From the NCBI GenBank assembly GCA_963729715.1, contig CAVSPA010000006.1, forward strand, positions 1 to 64,000: a DNA stretch of 64,000 nucleotides, written 5' to 3'. Made by a program: the position numbers and the translations under genes. This document shows positions 58,861 through 64,000 of the stretch, in pieces (positions within the stretch are counted from its first letter, which is position 1; each line of letters begins with the position of its first letter). The notes below the pieces were generated by a model, which made no database searches, was not told the origin of the DNA, and saw only the letters and a program-made list of their open reading frames with translations. This DNA comes from an uncultured delta proteobacterium (lineage in GTDB: Bacteria; Desulfobacterota; Syntrophia; Syntrophales; UBA2185).

Positions 58861-61107
58861 ATGGGCACCGAATTGATACCAGTTACATCGATGAGCATAG
58901 GCGAAGAGGGAATCATTCAAGCCATCTCCGGAGGAGGCGCTCTCACAAGCAGACTCGCAGGCATGGGTATTGTGTCTAACGCCAAGCTCAAGGTCCTCCG
59001 CAAAAGCGGAGGATTGATTATTGTCCAGGTAGCGGATACGAGGGTGGCCTTGGGAAGTGGAGAGGCATCGAAGATACTGGTATTTAAGGTTGCGGCAGTG
59101 CGGGATGAAGGAGAGCAAAAGAGGGTCGAGAAGAAACTTCTGGTTGCACTTGCCGGGCAGCCCAATGTGGGGAAATCCACTGTATTCAATATCCTTACCG
59201 GTTTATCGCAGCATGTGGGCAACTGGCCGGGAAAAACGGTAGAGAAGAAAGAAGGCGCCCATTTTTCGGATGACGTGGAACTTCAGATTATAGACCTGCC
59301 GGGCACTTACAGCCTGACGGCCTTTTCCGAAGAGGAGAGGGTTGCACGGGATTTTATCATCAGTGCAAATCCCGATGTTATTGTCCACCTCGTGAATGCA
59401 TCTGCCCTCGAAAGAAGCCTCTATCTCTTGTCAGAGCTGCTGCTTTTGGGTCCGCCCATTGTTGTGGCCGTCAATATGATAGATGTTGCTGAAGCTCAGG
59501 GGATCCATGTTGATGTGAAGGCGCTGCAAGAATCTCTGGGGATACCCGTCGTGCCGATGGTTGCTACAAAAAACAGGGGAATCAAGGAGCTCGTATCCAC
59601 TGTCATCGCTGCGGCAACGGGGGAACTGGATTACAACCCGAGGATACCTGATGTTTCCCCGGACCACAGGGCGATTTTTGATAGTCTCATGGATCTCATC
59701 AAGGAATATGTCCCGCTTCCATTCACCGTCCGCTGGACTGCAACGAAACTCATGGAAGGCGACCCGGAAATATCGAAGTTGATGGAGGGACTCGTGCCCG
59801 CGGATGTGTGGAATAGGATACAGACGCTTCTCATCAAGCATGAAGACTCCCTCCACGCTGTGGTCGGCGGCAGGTATGACTGGATCGAAGAGGTTACCAG
59901 AGCCGCCGTTTCGAGATTCAAAATGGGAGAAGTCGTAATGACCGACAGAATCGATCACATTCTCACCCGTCCCATTCTCGGCATTCCCATACTCCTTGCG
60001 GTTTTTGCAGGCGTCTTCGTGGTGACATATAAAATAGGGTTCCCCTTGCAAAAGCAGGTTGAATGGATGGTCGCTGCACTTGCCCGGTGGGTGGATGCGG
60101 CAATCGTCTCTTTTCATCCATGGATCAGGGGAATTATAATCGACGGCGTTATCGGAGGTGTGGGGTCAGTCTTGACCTTGCTCCCCATATTGCTCATATT
60201 TTTTGCGGTCATGGCTTTCTTGGAAGATGTTGGATATATGGCGAGGGCGGCTTTTGTCATGGACAGATTCATGCACCTTGTGGGTCTTCACGGTAAGAGC
60301 TTTATTCCCATGTGTTTGGGTTTCGGGTGTAACGTGCCATCGGTTCTTGGCACTAGGATTGTGGAGTCCAGGAGGGAGCGGTTGCTTACAATATTTCTTA
60401 TTCCCTTCGTTCCCTGCACGGCGCGGCTTGCCGTTGTGACGTTTGTCTCTGCCGCTCTATTTGCGGACAAAGCAGCCTCTGTTTCCTGGGCATTACTGAC
60501 CATGAACATACTTGTATTGGGCGTCATAGGCATGTTCATAGATAGATTTATTTTGAAGGACGAGCCCATGCCTTTTATCATGGAATTGCCGCTCTATCAT
60601 AAACCCGATCCCAAAACTATCGGAATCGTTGTGTGGGCAAGGACCGTAGCATTTGTGAAGAGGGCGGGCACTGTTATACTGACAGTTTCTGTCGTCATAT
60701 GGGTTTTCTCCTATTTTCCAAGCGGCAATATGGAGGATAGCGTTCTCGCGTGGTTCGGCCGTCTCATTGAGCCGGTCGGGAAACCAATGGGTCTTGACTG
60801 GAAAATGCTGACAGCCCTGATTACGGGCTTTTTAGCGAAAGAGAATGTAATTGCTACCCTCGGAGTTCTTTACGGCGTAGGCGAGCATGGGTTGCTTGAG
60901 GTCTTGCCAAACGTCGTAAGCCACGCCTCGGCGTTGGCTTTCCTGGTTGTTCTCATGCTTTTTATTCCCTGCGTTGCCACTTTGACAGTGATGAAGAGGG
61001 AAATGGGAAGCGCGAAATGGTTTGCGTCCTCTCTGCTCTTGATGCTGATTGTCTCTTTTTCCGGAGGCATCATCGCCTACCACGTGGCTCTGTGGGCGGG
61101 ACTATAG
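58861..61107 (+). CDS. feoB: Ferrous iron transporter FeoB with fused N-terminal FeoA
   Basis: FeoA (RLAGMGI...RVALG); GQPNVGKS, GNWPGKTVE, DLPGTYSL, GFGCNVP, ELPLY. Confidence 0.95.
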   Translation: MGTELIPVTSMSIGEEGIIQAISGGGALTSRLAGMGIVSNAKLKVLRKSGGLIIVQVADTRVALGSGEASKILVFKVAAVRDEGEQKRVEKKLLVALAGQPNVGKSTVFNILTGLSQHVGNWPGKTVEKKEGAHFSDDVELQIIDLPGTYSLTAFSEEERVARDFIISANPDVIVHLVNASALERSLYLLSELLLLGPPIVVAVNMIDVAEAQGIHVDVKALQESLGIPVVPMVATKNRGIKELVSTVIAAATGELDYNPRIPDVSPDHRAIFDSLMDLIKEYVPLPFTVRWTATKLMEGDPEISKLMEGLVPADVWNRIQTLLIKHEDSLHAVVGGRYDWIEEVTRAAVSRFKMGEVVMTDRIDHILTRPILGIPILLAVFAGVFVVTYKIGFPLQKQVEWMVAALARWVDAAIVSFHPWIRGIIIDGVIGGVGSVLTLLPILLIFFAVMAFLEDVGYMARAAFVMDRFMHLVGLHGKSFIPMCLGFGCNVPSVLGTRIVESRRERLLTIFLIPFVPCTARLAVVTFVSAALFADKAASVSWALLTMNILVLGVIGMFIDRFILKDEPMPFIMELPLYHKPDPKTIGIVVWARTVAFVKRAGTVILTVSVVIWVFSYFPSGNMEDSVLAWFGRLIEPVGKPMGLDWKMLTALITGFLAKENVIATLGVLYGVGEHGLLEVLPNVVSHASALAFLVVLMLFIPCVATLTVMKREMGSAKWFASSLLLMLIVSFSGGIIAYHVALWAGL

Positions 61108-61215
61108 AGATTTGTGACATTCAATGAGCTGTCGTGGTTGCCTGTATGGACAAAAGGGTATTTACCTGCGATTAATTCCGTAATGGAATGACCCGCGCCA
61201 GTGTAATTAAGTAGG

Positions 61216-61977
61216 TTGACGGTAGTGAATTCAAATCCTCATCCGAGGCATTCGCCGCGCTCTGAATTTATCGCGGGCATCAGGGCTGAACTGCCAATCT
61301 TATTAGGCGTGGTTCCGTTCGGCATGATTTACGGGGTATTGGCCATTGGCGCCGGATTGACCGTGGGCGCGGCTATGGCGATGTCGTCCATCGTTTTCGC
61401 CGGCTCGGCACAGTTCGTGGGCGTGCAGCTCATCCACTCAGGTGCGCCGGGGATGGTCATCGTCTTTACGACGTTTATCGTGAACCTGCGGCATATACTC
61501 TATAGCGCCTCCATAGCGCCACACCTTGCACGGCTGAGCCACAGGTGGAAGTGGTTGCTGGCCTATCTGCTCACCGACGAAGCCTACGCCGTCACCATCA
61601 CCCGCTACAATCAAGAATCCGCATCACCCGTCAAGTGCGCCAACAGGCATTGGTATCTGCTGGGGGCGGGACTGGCAATGTGGACCACATGGCAGGTTAG
61701 CACAGCGGCGGGTATCTTCCTTGGCGCGCAGGTTCCATCAAGCTGGTCGCTCGATTTCACCATAGCCCTCACGTTCATCGCCCTCGTTGTGCCGGCGTTG
61801 CGCGATCGGCCAAGCGTGGCGGCGGCCCTGTCTGCCGGCGTCATCGCCGTCCTGGCTTTTGGCCTGCCCTACAAGCTGGGGTTGATAGTCGCGGCCATCA
61901 GCGGCATGGCAGTTGGCCTTTGGGTCGAAGAGAGACAGCTGTCAAATGGCCGTCACGAGCGGGGGGGCAGCCGATGA
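61216..61977 (+). CDS. azlC: AzlC family branched-chain amino acid exporter
   Basis: FAGSAQF, VNLRH, LLTDEAYA. Confidence 0.92.
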   Translation: MTVVNSNPHPRHSPRSEFIAGIRAELPILLGVVPFGMIYGVLAIGAGLTVGAAMAMSSIVFAGSAQFVGVQLIHSGAPGMVIVFTTFIVNLRHILYSASIAPHLARLSHRWKWLLAYLLTDEAYAVTITRYNQESASPVKCANRHWYLLGAGLAMWTTWQVSTAAGIFLGAQVPSSWSLDFTIALTFIALVVPALRDRPSVAAALSAGVIAVLAFGLPYKLGLIVAAISGMAVGLWVEERQLSNGRHERGGSR

Positions 61978-62294
61978 ATGTGTGGCTCCTTCTCATATGC
62001 ATGGGCTTAGTCACCTACGCAATTCGTCTATCACTGATCGTGCTGATCGGGCGCGTCAATCTGCCGCCGATTATTCAATGGGCATTGTGCCTTGTGCCTC
62101 CGGCAGTGCTGTCGGCGATTATCTTTCCGGAACTGCTGATGCCGGCAGGCACGCTCGATTTGTCCTTCGGAAATCTCCGGCTGCTGGCGGGAGCACTGGC
62201 CGCGGCTGTTGCTTGGCGCACCCGGAATGTTCTCTTGACGATCGGAGTCGGCATGGTGGCGCTGTGGGTCTTGCAGGCGGTGATTACCCACTGA
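61974..62294 (+). CDS. azlD: AzlD family protein
   Basis: TYAIRL, VPPAVLSAII; ATGA overlap with azlC. Confidence 0.88.
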   Translation: MNVWLLLICMGLVTYAIRLSLIVLIGRVNLPPIIQWALCLVPPAVLSAIIFPELLMPAGTLDLSFGNLRLLAGALAAAVAWRTRNVLLTIGVGMVALWVLQAVITH

Positions 62295-62619
62295 CGCAGG
62301 CAGCTTCGGTTCCGTGATTTTCCTCGTGGGATGGGATTGCTCTCGCAGACGGGAATGCACGCATTAAAGAGCCCTCAAAAATTCTTCCAGACGTGCTTTC
62401 TTTGGCCGAACGGCGCGCCCCGTTATGTGTTGAAGTCATATTTTCTTGACATACCGGAACTCCATCCCCTATAATTCTTACACGCAAAAGAAATCCTTTA
62501 ACTAAAGATAAGCAACAAATTGTTAAATCTATTGGGAGGCGTCGTACTCCTTCAAATAAAGAAACGGTGCCGGAGCAGATGCCGCATCTGCTAATTACGT
62601 TTGTTGACCAAGATCTGAT

Positions 62620-63012
62620 ATGAACGGAAAATCCATAATTTTTAGAACGCAGGAAGGGATATTTGACCTCAGCGCCTCAGTTGTAGAAGTGGGTCAGGAT
62701 TTTGTTGTTGTCATTTGGGGTGGGGAAAGACCCCACGTCGGTGCAGTAGCTTTAGCCCAGTCCCGGCCGAGTCTCAAGGACGCTGAGAAGAAAAGCGCCA
62801 CTGCTTCGGTCCTCAGTATCCTTGGACATAAGGAGGACGCTGTCGTCAAATCTATATCGGAACGACTGGCAGCCGTCGCCGATCGTCCCGTGGTGGTCAC
62901 TGCGGGGATGCACTGGGATAACCTGAAAGAATCAGACCTTAATCACATCCTTAAAAATGTGGAAATACTTACTCAGATGATCGAAGCGCATTTGCGAATC
63001 TCACGCTCCTGA
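62620..63012 (+). CDS. LpdD-like (prenylated FMN-associated) protein
   Basis: GGERPHVGAVA...GHKED...VTAGMHWD; immediately upstream of ubiX. Confidence 0.65.
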   Translation: MNGKSIIFRTQEGIFDLSASVVEVGQDFVVVIWGGERPHVGAVALAQSRPSLKDAEKKSATASVLSILGHKEDAVVKSISERLAAVADRPVVVTAGMHWDNLKESDLNHILKNVEILTQMIEAHLRISRS

Positions 63013-63031
63013 GAATGCGGAGATTGGAGGA

Positions 63032-63601
63032 ATGATACCCGTGTCAAAAAGAATGATTATTGCAATTACCGGGGCAAGCGGGGTGATTTACGGAATTCAT
63101 ATGCTGCGCGCCATGCAAGAAACTCCTTACGAAACACACCTGATCATTTCCGAGTCCGGTTGTCGCAATATCGAGATTGAGACCGGCATGAATCCTGACG
63201 AGATAAAACAGATGGCCGATTACACTTACAGCTACACCGACGTCGGGGCCGCTCTGGCCAGCGGGTCGTTTATCACGGAAGGCATGGTGGTGGTTCCGTG
63301 CACCATCAAAACCCTTTCTGGAATTGCAAATTGCTACACTGATAATCTGATTGTCCGCGCCGCGGATGTTACTCTCAAAGAAAAGAGGAAGTTATTGCTC
63401 GTTGTGAGAGAGACCCCGCTTCACATTGGGCATCTAAAGCTGATGACGATGGCTGCCGAAATGGGAGCGCATCTTTTGCCACCTATTCCCTCCTTCTATC
63501 ATCAACCCAAGACCATCGAGGATATCATCAGCCATACGATCGGGAAAATTTTTGACTATTTCCATATTGAACATAATCTGTTCAAACGGTGGGGCAGTTA
63601 G
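63032..63601 (+). CDS. ubiX: Flavin prenyltransferase
   Basis: AITGASG, ASGSF, RAADVTLKE, RETPL, PSFYH. Confidence 0.95.
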   Translation: MIPVSKRMIIAITGASGVIYGIHMLRAMQETPYETHLIISESGCRNIEIETGMNPDEIKQMADYTYSYTDVGAALASGSFITEGMVVVPCTIKTLSGIANCYTDNLIVRAADVTLKEKRKLLLVVRETPLHIGHLKLMTMAAEMGAHLLPPIPSFYHQPKTIEDIISHTIGKIFDYFHIEHNLFKRWGS

Positions 63602-63829
63602 TCTCGGTCAGGTGGCAGTGTTTCCGTTAGGTACCTGTCTTTGCCTCGAGGAAAGATATCGCAGATTCACCCGACGACTACCGCTATCCGTTACATTGAA
63701 AAAGTGGCTTTAAATCCACCGCCAAAGGTGGATTACTCACCATACTCGACAATTCTGCTTTTCGACAAATTTGTACAATGTCCCCCTCACAAACTCAAAA
63801 AAAGAGAGGGTGTTAGCAGGAAGACATAT

Positions 63830-63991
63830 ATTATTGACAATATTATCGATATTATTGATATTTAAATTAATTGAATAAAGTTCAGTAAGTTTTCCCTTGA
63901 CAAGCCTAAAAAGCGGTGATATGCAGGTGTCGAAATACATTATTGACAATATTATCGACATTATCACTGACAATTTTCCTGAATAAAGTTC
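63830..63991. promoter_or_regulatory. Duplicated putative operator/promoter block
   Basis: ATTATTGACAATATTATCGA at 63830 and 63939; TGAATAAAGTTC at 63872 and 63980. Confidence 0.6.
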
Positions 63992-64000
63992 CTTGCATCT

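Overview
Bacterial chromosomal window, most consistent with an anaerobic deltaproteobacterium (Syntrophales-like; inferred from gene content only). Positions 1-~35,000 are accessory. Two tandem tRNA-Thr(CGT) 3'-half att junctions with integrase remnants and three toxin-antitoxin pairs lie at 0-4.1 kb. A stress/transport cluster with many gene remnants follows (4.6-18.5 kb: MscS, site-2 protease, two USPs, P3A H+-ATPase, MtfA, APC permease). Next are three lipoprotein caspase-family (C14) genes with variable N-termini and a nearly identical catalytic DNA block (18.8-23.4 kb), decaying genes (25-30 kb), and an oppositely oriented operon of three exported variable-core TPR proteins ending in an exported papain/C39-like protease (30.1-34.8 kb). 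Positions ~35,000-64,000 are mostly housekeeping: fabG-like SDR, sodC, purL/purQ, cimA with an Ile-rich leader-peptide attenuator, rne/rng, proC, murJ, serS, tRNA-Ser/Ser/Arg, feoAB, azlCD, lpdD-like and ubiX. The best candidates for an undescribed system are the two arrays of exported cysteine proteases with variable domains. All calls come from reading motifs by eye; no searches were run.
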